DNA of 64,000 nucleotides from positions 103,160 through 167,159 of the forward strand of contig CAVZPM010000009.1 in NCBI GenBank assembly GCA_963777155.1, read 5' to 3'. Every line of letters begins with the position of its first letter. Within the stretch, counting starts at the first letter, position 1. The notes beneath the pieces are model-generated. The model was not told the origin of the DNA, did not search any database, and was given only the letters and a program-made list of their open reading frames with translations. The translations under genes were made by a program, and so were the position numbers. Of the stretch, positions 1 through 10,487 are shown one piece after another. This DNA is from Candidatus Bathyarchaeota archaeon (GTDB taxonomy: Archaea; Thermoproteota; Bathyarchaeia; Bathyarchaeales; Bathycorpusculaceae).

Positions 1-581
1 CTACCCATCTTTGCATAAACCGAAATTGGATCAGCACCCGAAATAAATCGCATAACATCGATATCGTGAATCGCCGTATCCTTGACAACACCAACGTCTC
101 CTATGCGTTCAGGCCATTGTGAAACACGTTTGGCTGTTGCGCAAACCAGTTCACCGATTTTTTTGTCTCCAACTGATTGGCGAATTATCTGTAAACCTGG
201 AATGAACCTCATAAGGAAACCAACAGTCAAATGCAACCCGTTCTCCTGGGCCGTTTTGACTAGTTTCTGTGCTTGTTGTGGTGTGGTTGCCATTGGTTTC
301 TCTACCAGAACATGTTTTCCCGCGTTTAGTGCCTTCATTGCTTCTTGAGCCAGGATTGTTGACCATGTGCAAACATTCACGGCTTGGATCGTCTTGTCCT
401 TAAGCATCTCTGTGCTGTCTGAATATGCTCTTACGCCGTACTGCGCCGCCATAGCTTTAGCTCTTTCAGAATTAACGTCACATACCGCAACCAACTCTGT
501 TGATGGCAGTTCTTTGTAGACTCTTGCATGGTTCTTTCCCCATTGACCCGTTCCAATTACTGCTACTCCAAGCTTAGTCAA
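1..581 (-). CDS. Gfo/Idh/MocA family oxidoreductase (runs off the left edge; not in ORF track)
   Basis: Manual translation from TTG at 581: MTKLGVAVIGTGQWGKNHARVY...AGKHVLVEKPMA (Rossmann GxGxxG and EKP motifs); start overlaps the upstream stop (TTGA). Confidence 0.9.
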   Translation of the reverse strand, partial: MTKLGVAVIGTGQWGKNHARVYKELPSTELVAVCDVNSERAKAMAAQYGVRAYSDSTEMLKDKTIQAVNVCTWSTILAQEAMKALNAGKHVLVEKPMATTPQQAQKLVKTAQENGLHLTVGFLMRFIPGLQIIRQSVGDKKIGELVCATAKRVSQWPERIGDVGVVKDTAIHDIDVMRFISGADPISVYAKMG

Positions 582-1906
582 TTTTTATCAATTCCTCTTC
601 CTAACCCATAGTATTTGAAGCCTTCTGCCTCAATTTTTTTTGGATCATAGATACCCGTTAAATCAATAATAGCTGAGGGTGTTTTCATTAGGGGTTTTAG
701 TTTCTTTAGGATAATATTCTTGAACTGATCTTGCCCTGTCAATATGACTATGCAGTCGGCACCTTCAACTGCCTCATTCAAACTGGGTTTTACCACGCTC
801 CATTCCTGTGATAGCGTTTTTAAATCGGGGTCGTAAAGTGTAGGTTTGGCGCCCTTCTGTTCTAGCATTTTAACAAAGACCCCTGTAGCTGTTGTCGGGT
901 TAGCAGTTCCTAAAATGGCGACTCTTGCCCTCCGCAAAGGTTTGCCACTGTTTCGCAGAGCATCCTGGGTCAAATTAACCGCATGTTTCACCATATCCTC
1001 ATTAATTTGCCTAGCCAACGATGGAAGTCTAAGCTTGACATTCAAGTTTTCAGCGCAGTCAAGGAGCAAGTAAGCTTCATTTCTGTTTTCTTCTTCTGCA
1101 GTTGACGGCAAAAAACTTGGTTCGTTGATACCGAGGCATTTTATTGCTTTAAAGTAGTCAATTTTTGCGTTTTCGCAAAAAATCGCCAGTTCGTTGGCTA
1201 ATGCTCTATTTGCATCCTGCTTTGCAGCAGCAAAAAGAGCTGCTGTCTCTGCGGATTTTATATCGTCGATTTCTTTTACTTTTTTTGTTATTGTTCTTAA
1301 GAGAGTTGATGACACGGTTAAGCTTGTTTGGTCTGTGGCTGCAACCTTTAGCTCTGTATCTACGACTGATGCTTCCGTGGTGAGGATAGGGTTGTATGCC
1401 AAACCGAAATCTGTTCCTGCCTTGAGTCCTGAAGTGTTCTCCAATGTTTCTTTCACTGTGTCCTCGGTAAAACCGATGCCCGCGACGCCGGAGTAAATGA
1501 CTAACGCGCCTTTTTGTAGACCTGCCCCAACTTGCTTGCATGCGCTGACTATTTGGGAGAAATCGGTTTTTTTCTGTTTGTCAACCTTTGCCCCAATGGC
1601 AATGAGAACAACATCGCTTTGGGAAACGGCTTTATTACGTTCAGAACTGACGCTTATTTTCCCAGAGGTGATGTAGCTTTTAAGTTTAGCTTCAACTTGA
1701 GATGAGGAACTCCCCGTTCTTCCTTTTGAAACCTTCTTTATTACTGTTGGATCCGCATCCGTGCAGATGACTCTATAGCCTGCTTCAGCAAAAGCGTTGC
1801 CGTAAAAAATTCCCTTATGTCCGCAACCAATAACACTCACCGTATATTTTGCGCGTTTCTCGTTGGTGTCTACCTCTTCGGGTTTTAAGTTTAGAATAGG
1901 GGACAT
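578..1906 (-). CDS. UDP-glucose/GDP-mannose (WecC-like) dehydrogenase family protein with degenerate catalytic motifs
   Basis: Family architecture (GCGHKG; LENTSGLKAGTDFGLAY; ARQINEDM; C-terminal ADCIVILT). Probable ATG at 1906. Confidence 0.8.
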   Translation of the reverse strand: MSPILNLKPEEVDTNEKRAKYTVSVIGCGHKGIFYGNAFAEAGYRVICTDADPTVIKKVSKGRTGSSSSQVEAKLKSYITSGKISVSSERNKAVSQSDVVLIAIGAKVDKQKKTDFSQIVSACKQVGAGLQKGALVIYSGVAGIGFTEDTVKETLENTSGLKAGTDFGLAYNPILTTEASVVDTELKVAATDQTSLTVSSTLLRTITKKVKEIDDIKSAETAALFAAAKQDANRALANELAIFCENAKIDYFKAIKCLGINEPSFLPSTAEEENRNEAYLLLDCAENLNVKLRLPSLARQINEDMVKHAVNLTQDALRNSGKPLRRARVAILGTANPTTATGVFVKMLEQKGAKPTLYDPDLKTLSQEWSVVKPSLNEAVEGADCIVILTGQDQFKNIILKKLKPLMKTPSAIIDLTGIYDPKKIEAEGFKYYGLGRGIDKN

Positions 1907-1937
1907 AGGCTTCTCTTCCCAACAAGGATTGGGGTTG

Positions 1938-3308
1938 CTATATGGTTTGGAGGATTTTCTTAAGCCTTGCGCTGTAGTCATCAACTAGTTGTAATGCTTT
2001 TTGCTGATTTTTTGCTTCAGCATACAACCGGAAGACTGGTTCAGTCCCACTTGGACGAATCAGGATGGCGCTAGCGTCGCTAAACCAAATTTTAACTCCA
2101 TCGATGGTACTGACGTTTTCGCTCTTAACCTGCTCGTAGATTTTCTGTTGTAGAATCGCTTTTTTATTATCTGGGCACTCGATTTTTCCTTTCTCGATAA
2201 AGTACTGCGGTTGCTCTGCAACGAGTTGAGCAAGAGACTTTCCGGTATCTGCCATGATGTTTAGCAGAAGCGCTGTTGTCATAGCTCCGTCGCGGACTGC
2301 TTGATGGGGGCGATAGAATATTCCGCCATTTTCTTCGCCGCCCAAATCGGCATTCTCTGCTTTCATGGTCTGCGAAACAGTTACACTACCGACTTTGGTC
2401 CAGATTAGTTTGCCTTTGTAGGTTTCTACAGTGTCTTTGATTAGGGTGGATGAGCTGACAGGTGTTACAATTTTTGTACCCGGGTTCTTGAGAAGATATT
2501 GCTTAATCACTACCGCGAATGTTTTGTCGCCCCAGTAAATCGTGCCATTGGAGTCGGTGAAAATAGACCGATCAGCGTCTCCATCGAAAGCGACACCCAT
2601 GTCACCCCCAATGGCTTTAACAGTTGCTGATAAGTCGCCGAGGCTTTCGGGGCGGGGTTCAGGAAGCCTTCCTGGGAATGTGCCGTCAATATTTGCGTTT
2701 ATGGTTGTGACTTTGCAGCCGATTTCCCTTAAAAGTATGGGTAGAGCTATTCCTCCGACGCTATTCGCGGCGTCGACTACTACATGGAAATGTTTGGCTG
2801 CTATTTTTTCGGTGTCAACGTGTTTTTTTATGGCGTCTTTGTATTCATCGTTGATTCCTTGCAGCTTACGTTTCGCACCCAATTTATCCCACGGAGCATA
2901 AACGATTTCGTTGTCAAAGTAAATGTCCTCTATCTCTGTTTCTTGTTCATGTGATGTTTCAATACCGTCGCTCCAAATCACTTTAATGCCGTTGTATTCT
3001 GGCGGGTTATGAGATGCCGAGATTATTACGCCTCCGTCCATCTTGTGATTCTTAGTTGCAAACTGAATAGCTGGAGTCGATGCCATACCCGCGAAATACA
3101 CGTTGCAGCCTGCCGCATTTATCCCGGAGATTACAGCTCTCGCGAACATAGGACCGCTGGTTCGGGCATCATAACCCAGAAGCACATTTTTGTTTTTTCC
3201 AAAAAAAGTTCCTATGCATGCTCCAACTTTGATGGCCATTTCGGGAGTTAATTCTACATTAACGAGTCCTCGAATTCCGTTAGTTCCAAAAAGTTTTCTT
3301 GTGCTCAT
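1938..3308 (-). CDS. glmM: Phosphoglucosamine mutase / phosphomannomutase
   Basis: FGTNGIRG, SASHNP, FDGDADR, GEENGG and IRPSGTEP motifs. Confidence 0.85.
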   Translation of the reverse strand: MSTRKLFGTNGIRGLVNVELTPEMAIKVGACIGTFFGKNKNVLLGYDARTSGPMFARAVISGINAAGCNVYFAGMASTPAIQFATKNHKMDGGVIISASHNPPEYNGIKVIWSDGIETSHEQETEIEDIYFDNEIVYAPWDKLGAKRKLQGINDEYKDAIKKHVDTEKIAAKHFHVVVDAANSVGGIALPILLREIGCKVTTINANIDGTFPGRLPEPRPESLGDLSATVKAIGGDMGVAFDGDADRSIFTDSNGTIYWGDKTFAVVIKQYLLKNPGTKIVTPVSSSTLIKDTVETYKGKLIWTKVGSVTVSQTMKAENADLGGEENGGIFYRPHQAVRDGAMTTALLLNIMADTGKSLAQLVAEQPQYFIEKGKIECPDNKKAILQQKIYEQVKSENVSTIDGVKIWFSDASAILIRPSGTEPVFRLYAEAKNQQKALQLVDDYSARLKKILQTI

Positions 3309-3351
3309 GTCAAAGTCAACTCAGTACCTATTTAACAAAACAGTCTAGGTT

Positions 3352-4422
3352 TTAAAACGTTTCAGTGACTTCTTTTGCAGGACACACCACTTGGTCATTA
3401 TGCATGTGAACGCTGTCTTTGACTTTAGCAAGGTCGCCTACAACGCAGCCTTTGGGAAGTTTTACACCTTTGCCTATTTTTGCTGCTTCACCTACGATGG
3501 CTCCGTTGAGGATGGCTCCGTCGGCTATGTGGGCTTCCGCAAAGATAACTGAATTGGAGATTTGTACGTTTGCACCGACTTTGACGTTTTTACCTATGAT
3601 TGCATATGGACCAATTATTGATTTCTCTCCCACTATTACTCCGGTGTCTATTGCAACGGGGCTCTTAACGAATGGTCCATGGCTCACTTGCTTAGTGTCT
3701 TTTGCTAATGAATCAAGGACTATTTTGTTTGCCTCTAAGTATTCCTGGGGTTTGCCAATATCTATCCATAGGCCATCGATGCAGTGACCGCTTAACTTAC
3801 CCTCCTCTGCCAGCTTGGGAAACACTTCTCGCTCGATAGAAACTGCTCTTCCCTCAGGAATGTATGCGAAGACTTCGGGGCTAAGAATGTATACCCCCGC
3901 GTTTATGAGGTTGCTTGGTGCATGGCCTCTGGCTGGTTTCTCAACGAACCGTCTGATGCTGCTGCCTTGGAGTTCAGCTACACCAAAACTACATGGATCC
4001 TCAACTTTGCAGAGTGCAATCGTGGCTAACGCCCCAGTTTTCTTGTGTACCTCAAGGAGTTCTCGGTAGTTTATGTCAGCGTATATGTCCCCGTTCAACA
4101 TGATAAATGGCCCTTCATGTCCTATCAGTTTCTCCGCTTTCTTCAGCGGGCCTCCTGTTCCCAGTGGCGTCTTGGGTGGATCTACAGAGAATCGAACTCG
4201 AAGACCACATTTTGACGGTTTATGTTGCTGAATATAAAACTTCGTTATCGCGTTGACTGCGAGGATGGCTTCGTCCACGCCGCTGTCAGCTAAGTGTTCA
4301 AAAGTCCACTGCAGAAGAGGCTTGTTTACTAGGGGGAAAAGAGTCTTTGGTCTAGAACAACTCAGCGGTCGGAGCCTTGTTGCAAAGCCACCTGCTAGAA
4401 TCAATGCTTTCAGAGAGGTCAC
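3352..4422 (-). CDS. NDP-sugar pyrophosphorylase (mannose-1-phosphate guanylyltransferase-like); true start may be CTG at 4413
   Basis: ILAGGFATRLRPL, PLGTGG, FVEKP, WIDIG and C-terminal hexapeptide repeats. Confidence 0.9.
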   Translation of the reverse strand: MTSLKALILAGGFATRLRPLSCSRPKTLFPLVNKPLLQWTFEHLADSGVDEAILAVNAITKFYIQQHKPSKCGLRVRFSVDPPKTPLGTGGPLKKAEKLIGHEGPFIMLNGDIYADINYRELLEVHKKTGALATIALCKVEDPCSFGVAELQGSSIRRFVEKPARGHAPSNLINAGVYILSPEVFAYIPEGRAVSIEREVFPKLAEEGKLSGHCIDGLWIDIGKPQEYLEANKIVLDSLAKDTKQVSHGPFVKSPVAIDTGVIVGEKSIIGPYAIIGKNVKVGANVQISNSVIFAEAHIADGAILNGAIVGEAAKIGKGVKLPKGCVVGDLAKVKDSVHMHNDQVVCPAKEVTETF

Positions 4423-4518
4423 CTGGATATGCAGTAACTTATTGCCTCTTTTTTATATATAAACAATTATGGACTTGAATTATGGGTAAAGTATGAGCTT
4501 AATGGTGTTTCTAGGAAT

Positions 4519-6069
4519 CTATTCCCACTCAATTGTCGCTGGTGGCTTATGGGTGATATCGTAAACTACGCGTGTAACCTGTGGAATCTCATTTGTTATC
4601 CTGGTGGACATCTTTTCTAGGACAGAATAAGGTAGCTTAGCAAAGCTTGCGGTCATAGCTTCTCGACTTTCCATTGCCCGCACCGCAACAACATAACCAT
4701 ACGCGCGTGCATCGCCTTTAACGCCAGTAGCTTTCGTATTGGTCACAACCGCAAAGTATTGCCAAAGACTCTCTGAAAGACCATTCTTTTCAATCTCTTC
4801 CCGAACAATCTTATCCGCTCTCTTGGCAATGGCGACTTTTTCGTCAGTTAAAGGTCCAATTATCCGTACTGCTAACCCGGGTCCTGGGAATGGTTGGCGA
4901 TTAACGATTTCTTGGGGCAAATCCAGCATTCTTGCGACTTTACGGACTTCATCTTTGTAGAGGTCACGGAGAGGTTCGAGGATTTTCTTAAATTTTATTT
5001 TTTCAGGTAGCCCTGCTACGTTATGATGGCTTTTGATCTTGTCAGAGTTTTTGCGGAATCCTGACTCGATTCTGTCTGGGTAGATGGTGCCTTGAATTAG
5101 GTATTCGGCTCCTGATTCATTGGCGATTTCCTCAAAAACCCTGATGAATTCTTCACCCATGATTTTGCGTTTAGTTTCAGGTTCTGTGACGCCTCTTAGT
5201 TTAGCCATGAAACGTTCTTGAGTGTTGGCGACGATGAAGCGGATTGGGAATTTTTGGAAGGCTTCTCGAATTTGCTCTGTTTCACCTTCCCGCATAAATC
5301 CATGATCAACGTAGACTGCGATTAACTTTTCACCGAGCGCCTTGGCTGCCAAAGCTGTTGCGACACTGGAGTCTATGCCTCCGCTTAGCCCGATTATAGC
5401 TCTGGCACCGTTCGTTTCTGTTTGTAGTTCTTTAACCATTTTTCCGATGAGGTCTTCCATCTGCCAGTTGGCTTGGCACTTGCAAACTTGGAAGATAAAA
5501 TTCTGCAACATGCGCATGCCTTTTTCGGTGTGTATGACTTCAGGATGCCATTGGAGCCCGTAGATGGGCTTGGTTTTATGGCGGAAAGCTGCGACAGGGC
5601 AGTTTTCAGTGTGTGCCAAGGCTTCGAACTCAGGTGGGGGAGCAAAGACTGTGTCGCCGTGGCTCATCCAAACCTGTTCTTTTTCACTTAACCCTTCCAG
5701 TACTCCGACAGGTTTGTCGATGGCTACCTGAGCGATGCCGTATTCCTTACATGTAGCAGGTTCAACTTTGCTGCCGGTTAGTTGAGCCAAAAGCTGATGG
5801 CCATAACATAAACCGAGGATTGGTAGGTCTACCTCTAAGATGCGTGGGTGTAGTTTAGGCGCGTTTGGTTCATATACGCTTGAGGGTCCGCCTGAAAATA
5901 TTAGTCCTTTAACGTTAAATTTTTCGTTCAGAGCCGCTATTTCTTCGGGGGAAACGTCGTGGGGTACGATTTCCGAGTAAACGCCGTTTTCTCTGATTCT
6001 TCTGCCGATGAGGTGGCAGTATTGTCCGCCGAAGTCCAAGACGAGGATGGTGTCGTATTTTGCCTGCAT
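4519..6069 (-). CDS. guaA: GMP synthase, glutamine-hydrolysing (fused GATase and ATP-PPase)
   Basis: LDFGGQY, GLCYGHQ, QWHPEV, SGGIDSS, IKSHHNV and KPPATIEWE. Confidence 0.97.
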   Translation of the reverse strand: MQAKYDTILVLDFGGQYCHLIGRRIRENGVYSEIVPHDVSPEEIAALNEKFNVKGLIFSGGPSSVYEPNAPKLHPRILEVDLPILGLCYGHQLLAQLTGSKVEPATCKEYGIAQVAIDKPVGVLEGLSEKEQVWMSHGDTVFAPPPEFEALAHTENCPVAAFRHKTKPIYGLQWHPEVIHTEKGMRMLQNFIFQVCKCQANWQMEDLIGKMVKELQTETNGARAIIGLSGGIDSSVATALAAKALGEKLIAVYVDHGFMREGETEQIREAFQKFPIRFIVANTQERFMAKLRGVTEPETKRKIMGEEFIRVFEEIANESGAEYLIQGTIYPDRIESGFRKNSDKIKSHHNVAGLPEKIKFKKILEPLRDLYKDEVRKVARMLDLPQEIVNRQPFPGPGLAVRIIGPLTDEKVAIAKRADKIVREEIEKNGLSESLWQYFAVVTNTKATGVKGDARAYGYVVAVRAMESREAMTASFAKLPYSVLEKMSTRITNEIPQVTRVVYDITHKPPATIEWE

Positions 6070-6280
6070 TTTTGTGGCTCAGGAACTATTGGGGTTTCGC
6101 GTCTAATTTAAGATTGCTATCTTTTTTCGTCAAAAAGCAATTTTCGGCTTTTTCTTACGATGTTATTTAATTATCTGTCTTATCATGGATACTAAACTTT
6201 TATTAGCTTAATCAACTGATTATCAGAAAGATGTCCCGAAAAAGCCAGTTTGATTGGAAAAACGTACAGGATAGATAATT

Positions 6281-6724
6281 ATGGAATTAAATGAAACTGA
6301 TGCAAAAATCCTTAAAGGTCTCTTAGAAGACGCCAGATTCTCCAGCAGACAAATCGCAAAAAACGTCGGCGTCTCCGTTGGCACAGTCTTATCAAGGATA
6401 AAAAAGATGGAAGAAGAAGGACTAATCAAAGGATACTCAGTTATCTTAAACCATGAAAAACTAGGTTACCAACTAACTGTTGTTACCGAAATCACCGTTT
6501 CTAAAGGCAGACTTGTTGACACTGAAAATGAAATAGCTAAAATCCCAAACGTTTGCGGAGTCTATGATGTCACAGGCTTAACCGACGCCATAATCATCGC
6601 CAAATTCAAGAGTCGAGAAGACCTTGGAGCATTCACCAAAAAACTGCTCTCCCTCCCATACATAGAACGTACAAACACCCACGTCGTCCTAACCACGGTG
6701 AAAGAAAACTTCCGTCTACTCTAA
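6281..6724 (+). CDS. Lrp/AsnC family transcriptional regulator
   Basis: N-terminal HTH (DARFSSRQIAKNVGVSVGTVLSRIKKM) and RAM domain (YDVTG). Confidence 0.92.
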   Translation: MELNETDAKILKGLLEDARFSSRQIAKNVGVSVGTVLSRIKKMEEEGLIKGYSVILNHEKLGYQLTVVTEITVSKGRLVDTENEIAKIPNVCGVYDVTGLTDAIIIAKFKSREDLGAFTKKLLSLPYIERTNTHVVLTTVKENFRLL

Positions 6725-6741
6725 AGCAAAAGCCAGAAAAA

Positions 6742-7827
6742 TTAAGGCTTAGCTTTTTCTGAGTGATGATTTTCCATCTTATATTTTTGTTCCGGTTGGG
6801 CTATGGTAATTTTTGTTCCTGACGCCACAGGGCCAGTTATCCAGACGTTTCCACCAATGACCACATTATCCCCGATCACAGTCTCCGCCCCGAGTAGGGT
6901 TGCACCGGAGTAGATGACGACATTGTTGCCGACTGTTGGGTGGCGTTTGCGTCCTTTGATGATGTTGCCTTTCTCGTCTTTTGGAAAACTAAGTGCACCC
7001 AAGGTTACACCTTGGTAGAGTTTGACATTGTCCCCGATTTCTGCGGTTTCGCCTATGACGACACCTGTACCGTGATCGATGAAGAAGTTTTTACCGATCT
7101 TTGCGCCTGGATGAATGTCGATGCCAGTTAGGGAGTGCATGTGCTCACTCATAATCCGTGGAATCAGCGGGACACCGCTTAAGTATAGTTCATGTGCTAT
7201 TCTGTAGGTGGCGATTGCCAGTACGCAGGGGTAGCTCAGAATTACTTCTTCAGTGCTGACGGCTGCTGGGTCGCCGCTGTAAGCTGCTTGGATGTCGCCG
7301 CTTAGCATTGAGCGTATTTCTGGTAATCTCTCTAGAAACTCCTTAACTACGACGTGCGCCCGTTTTAGGCATACGTCTTGTGGGCATTCGCTGATCTTTC
7401 GGCAGATGTACTTGAGGCTTTTCTCAACCTCGTTGGTGAGCCGAGTGTAAACCGAAGTTAATTTTGTGCCCAGATGGTATTTGACGTTGGCTTTGGTGAT
7501 TTCTGATTCACCCAAATAGCCTGGGAAAAGAATCGTGAACAGGTCTTCTAAGACTTCAGTGACGACTTTTTTGGATGGTAAATCTCTTCCTTCAAGGTGG
7601 TCCATGCCGCCAAACTGTTCGTAGCTGCCCATTATATTGTCTACAAGTTTAGGTAATCCCTTTTCGACCCAATCCTGCTCTACCTTGTCGTTGTTACGCA
7701 TAAGAGTTTCAAGCATGCGGTCTGGATTCCAGCAATCAAGCTCCCTGTTCTTTTCTTTGCATTCTTGGCAATCTTTCGGTAGAGGTTGGTTTGGGTTTGT
7801 AGGCATGTATCTTCCCTTTTTACTCAA
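6742..7827 (-). CDS. cysE: Serine O-acetyltransferase (long EpsC-type)
   Basis: [37 protein letters not shown] and KRHPT; adjacent to cysK. Confidence 0.93.
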   Translation of the reverse strand: MSKKGRYMPTNPNQPLPKDCQECKEKNRELDCWNPDRMLETLMRNNDKVEQDWVEKGLPKLVDNIMGSYEQFGGMDHLEGRDLPSKKVVTEVLEDLFTILFPGYLGESEITKANVKYHLGTKLTSVYTRLTNEVEKSLKYICRKISECPQDVCLKRAHVVVKEFLERLPEIRSMLSGDIQAAYSGDPAAVSTEEVILSYPCVLAIATYRIAHELYLSGVPLIPRIMSEHMHSLTGIDIHPGAKIGKNFFIDHGTGVVIGETAEIGDNVKLYQGVTLGALSFPKDEKGNIIKGRKRHPTVGNNVVIYSGATLLGAETVIGDNVVIGGNVWITGPVASGTKITIAQPEQKYKMENHHSEKAKP

Positions 7828-7879
7828 TATGTGGAAAGGGGGAATATAAGAAAAGCGTCTTTTGGACGCAGTTTATATG

Positions 7880-8809
7880 TTAGGCTGTTGGCTCTTGGAA
7901 CAAAACCGTGCTTAGGTAACGTTCGCCTGTGTCTGGAAGGATGACGACTATTAGTTTGCCCTTGTTCTCTTTTCTTTTAGCGATTTCTATAGCGGCGTAT
8001 GCGGCTGCTCCGGACGATATACCAACAAGTAAGCCTTCCTTCTGGGCAAGTTGTCTTGCGGTTTGCAACGCCTGGTCGTCGGTGACTTTGAAAATTTCGT
8101 CCACCAACTCCATCTTTAACACGTCGGGTTTGAAGCCTGCGCCTATGCCTTGGATTTTATGGGGTCCTTTCTGTCCGCCGCTTAGCACTGGGGATCCTGC
8201 TGGTTCGACTGCAACGGTTTTAAACTCGGGTTTTTGCGGCTTAATGAACTGCGCGATGCCTGTTATGGTTCCGCCTGTGCCCACACCCGCGACAAGAATG
8301 TCTACTTTGCCGTCGGTGTCTTCCCAGATTTCTGGTCCGGTGGTTTCTTTGTGAACTTTGGGGTTGGCGAGGTTTTTGAATTGTTGGGGCATGAAGCTGT
8401 TTGGGGTGGCTGCGATGAGTTCTTCAGCTTTTTTGATTGCTCCGCCCATGCCGTCGGGTCCTGGTGTTAGTACTAGCTGTGCTCCGTAGGCTTTGAGGAG
8501 GTTGCGGCGTTCTAAGCTCATGGTTTCAGGCATGGTTAGGATGAGTTTGTAACCTTTAACGGCTGCTACCATGGCCAAGCCGATGCCTGTGTTGCCCGAG
8601 GTAGGCTCTATCAAGGTGCCGCCGGGTTTGAGGCCTATTTTTTCTGCTTCTTCAATCATACTCTTGCAGATGCGATCTTTGACGCTGCCACCTGGGTTTC
8701 TGGCTTCCATTTTGGCGACTACGGTAGCGTTGGCGCCTTTTGTCAATTTGTTTATTTGAATGAGGGGTGTTTTTCCGATTGTTTCAAGGACGTTTTTGTT
8801 AATTTTCAT
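7880..8809 (-). CDS. cysK: Cysteine synthase A (O-acetylserine sulfhydrylase)
   Basis: NPGGSVKDR (PLP lysine), [22 protein letters not shown] and DTGERYLS. Confidence 0.96.
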   Translation of the reverse strand: MKINKNVLETIGKTPLIQINKLTKGANATVVAKMEARNPGGSVKDRICKSMIEEAEKIGLKPGGTLIEPTSGNTGIGLAMVAAVKGYKLILTMPETMSLERRNLLKAYGAQLVLTPGPDGMGGAIKKAEELIAATPNSFMPQQFKNLANPKVHKETTGPEIWEDTDGKVDILVAGVGTGGTITGIAQFIKPQKPEFKTVAVEPAGSPVLSGGQKGPHKIQGIGAGFKPDVLKMELVDEIFKVTDDQALQTARQLAQKEGLLVGISSGAAAYAAIEIAKRKENKGKLIVVILPDTGERYLSTVLFQEPTA

Positions 8810-8977
8810 TTTAACACCTTATTATTATAACAGTGTTATGGTCAGCTCTATTATAACTTTTGGCACGACTCACTAGCACTTGTAAATCACTATAACGCAT
8901 TAAACCTAAAACACTTACGCCCGACACAAAAGTAAAGCCTTTAAATGAGCCCTGTTCCTATATTTCCGCAACACAGC

Positions 8978-9065
8978 GCGGAGGTCGCCCAGCATGGCCA
9001 AAGGCGTAGGACTGAGGCTCCTATCCCGCAGGGGTTCGTGGGTTCAAATCCCACCCTCCGCACCA
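8978..9065 (+). tRNA. tRNA-Leu(GAG), long variable arm, CCA encoded
   Basis: Acceptor GCGGAGG/CCTCCGC-A-CCA; anticodon arm TAGGA-CTGAGGC-TCCTA; T-loop GGTTCAAATCC. Confidence 0.95.
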
Positions 9066-9138
9066 CCTACTCACAAAATTTTTTAAACAGCACAAAAGTA
9101 AAATAATTGTTTTTCACACTTGACAATCGGCGACTCGT

Positions 9139-9606
9139 ATGCCCTTATCTGTTAGGTATCATTTTACTCAATCTTTTGCTGTCTCCGCTCAAGAAGCCTT
9201 CGACTGGTGCACAGACTTCGACTCACAAGACAACCTATTGATGGGAGATAAGACGGCTGAACGGCAAATTATTCGTCTTGCCGCTGGTACTGTTATTCTC
9301 AAAGATACCTTCCATGGGGCTGCAGGGATAATAGAGAAGCAGAAAATCGTACACATCTACCCTGACCAATGCAAATGGACATCAACACATTTGACAGGTC
9401 CAAACAAGCACTCCCAATTTCTCTATCAGATTACGCCACAAGGTAAGGATACTTCAGTTTTGACTTTTATCGCCCTTCACTTAGAGTATGATGAAAAGAC
9501 AGATGCTAAATTACTTGCCGAGCGGTTATGCAAAGAAGATGCTTATGCTTGGAAGCTTTTAACGGCTGCAATGGTTGAAGACAAGAAAAATATTGGCACA
9601 CTGTAA
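9139..9606 (+). CDS. Hypothetical protein, possibly SRPBCC/START-like fold
   Basis: 155-aa ORF with an N-terminal FAVSAQEAFDWCTDF pattern. Confidence 0.6.
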   Translation: MPLSVRYHFTQSFAVSAQEAFDWCTDFDSQDNLLMGDKTAERQIIRLAAGTVILKDTFHGAAGIIEKQKIVHIYPDQCKWTSTHLTGPNKHSQFLYQITPQGKDTSVLTFIALHLEYDEKTDAKLLAERLCKEDAYAWKLLTAAMVEDKKNIGTL

Positions 9607-9830
9607 AAACAGCCTCGACAGGATTAAAGACCAGACCACTAGCGAAAGGTGTATCCTTCTTTGGGCACTAACAGAAATAATTCTTAAACTGGCTCGTCCT
9701 TCAGCCCTTTGAGCCTACATACAAAAAGAGCTAGATTATCCGAATTATGGAGTAAAGCAATGTTGGTCCTTGGATTTTTCCATGGATTTGATTTTTTCTA
9801 TAAGTAACGGTTAAAAGCTAATGATGCACA

Positions 9831-9845
9831 GTGATAATTTATCAC
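9831..9845. promoter_or_regulatory. Palindrome GTGATAA-T-TTATCAC, candidate operator
   Basis: Perfect 7-1-7 inverted repeat between an AT-rich promoter region and the ATG at 9865. Confidence 0.45.
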
Positions 9846-9864
9846 CAAGAAAGGTTTGGTAACG

Positions 9865-10473
9865 ATGTCTGCTCAAACTCAACAGAGAAAATTCATTTCG
9901 GTTGACCCAGGCAAATGCATTGGATGCGGAATCTGCGAGTACGCTTGCACTGTAGAAAAAGGTGAAAACACTTGGAATCCAATCCGCTCCAGAATCAGAG
10001 TAGTTCGCATGGCACCAGTACTCAACTTTGCATTATCTTGCAGAGGATGCAAAGATGCAAAATGTGTAAAAGCATGTCCGGAACGGGCGCTCTCCCAAGC
10101 AGAAGATACAGGTCTACTATTAGTTGATGAAAATAAATGCAAAGGTTGCGATTGGTGTGTTCAAGCTTGTGATCACGGGGGAATAACTATACACGCCGAC
10201 ACAGGAAAGGCAATCGCATGTGATCTTTGTAAAGGTGAACCACAATGCCTTGCGTCTTGCCCCGAAGAGGCATTGGCGATAGTGAGTTCAGATGAGGAAG
10301 CAGAAAAACGTTTTAACGACGCACTAGCGGTTTTGTCACAACAAATTGAGAAAATAACTGTCAGCATTAAAAATAAGGATTGGAAACCATTTCTGGCTAT
10401 TGCAGAAAAACGTTCAGGCGTAATAACAGAAAAACTCGAAGCTTTGAACAAGAAAGTAAAAGCAAAGAAATAG
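9865..10473 (+). CDS. 4Fe-4S dicluster (DmsB/HycB-like) electron-transfer protein with helical C-terminal tail
   Basis: Four Cys groups: CIGCGICEYAC, CRGCKDAKCVKACP, CKGCDWCVQAC, CDLCKGEPQCLASCP. Confidence 0.88.
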   Translation: MSAQTQQRKFISVDPGKCIGCGICEYACTVEKGENTWNPIRSRIRVVRMAPVLNFALSCRGCKDAKCVKACPERALSQAEDTGLLLVDENKCKGCDWCVQACDHGGITIHADTGKAIACDLCKGEPQCLASCPEEALAIVSSDEEAEKRFNDALAVLSQQIEKITVSIKNKDWKPFLAIAEKRSGVITEKLEALNKKVKAKK

Positions 10474-10487
10474 TAGCAATACTTTTC

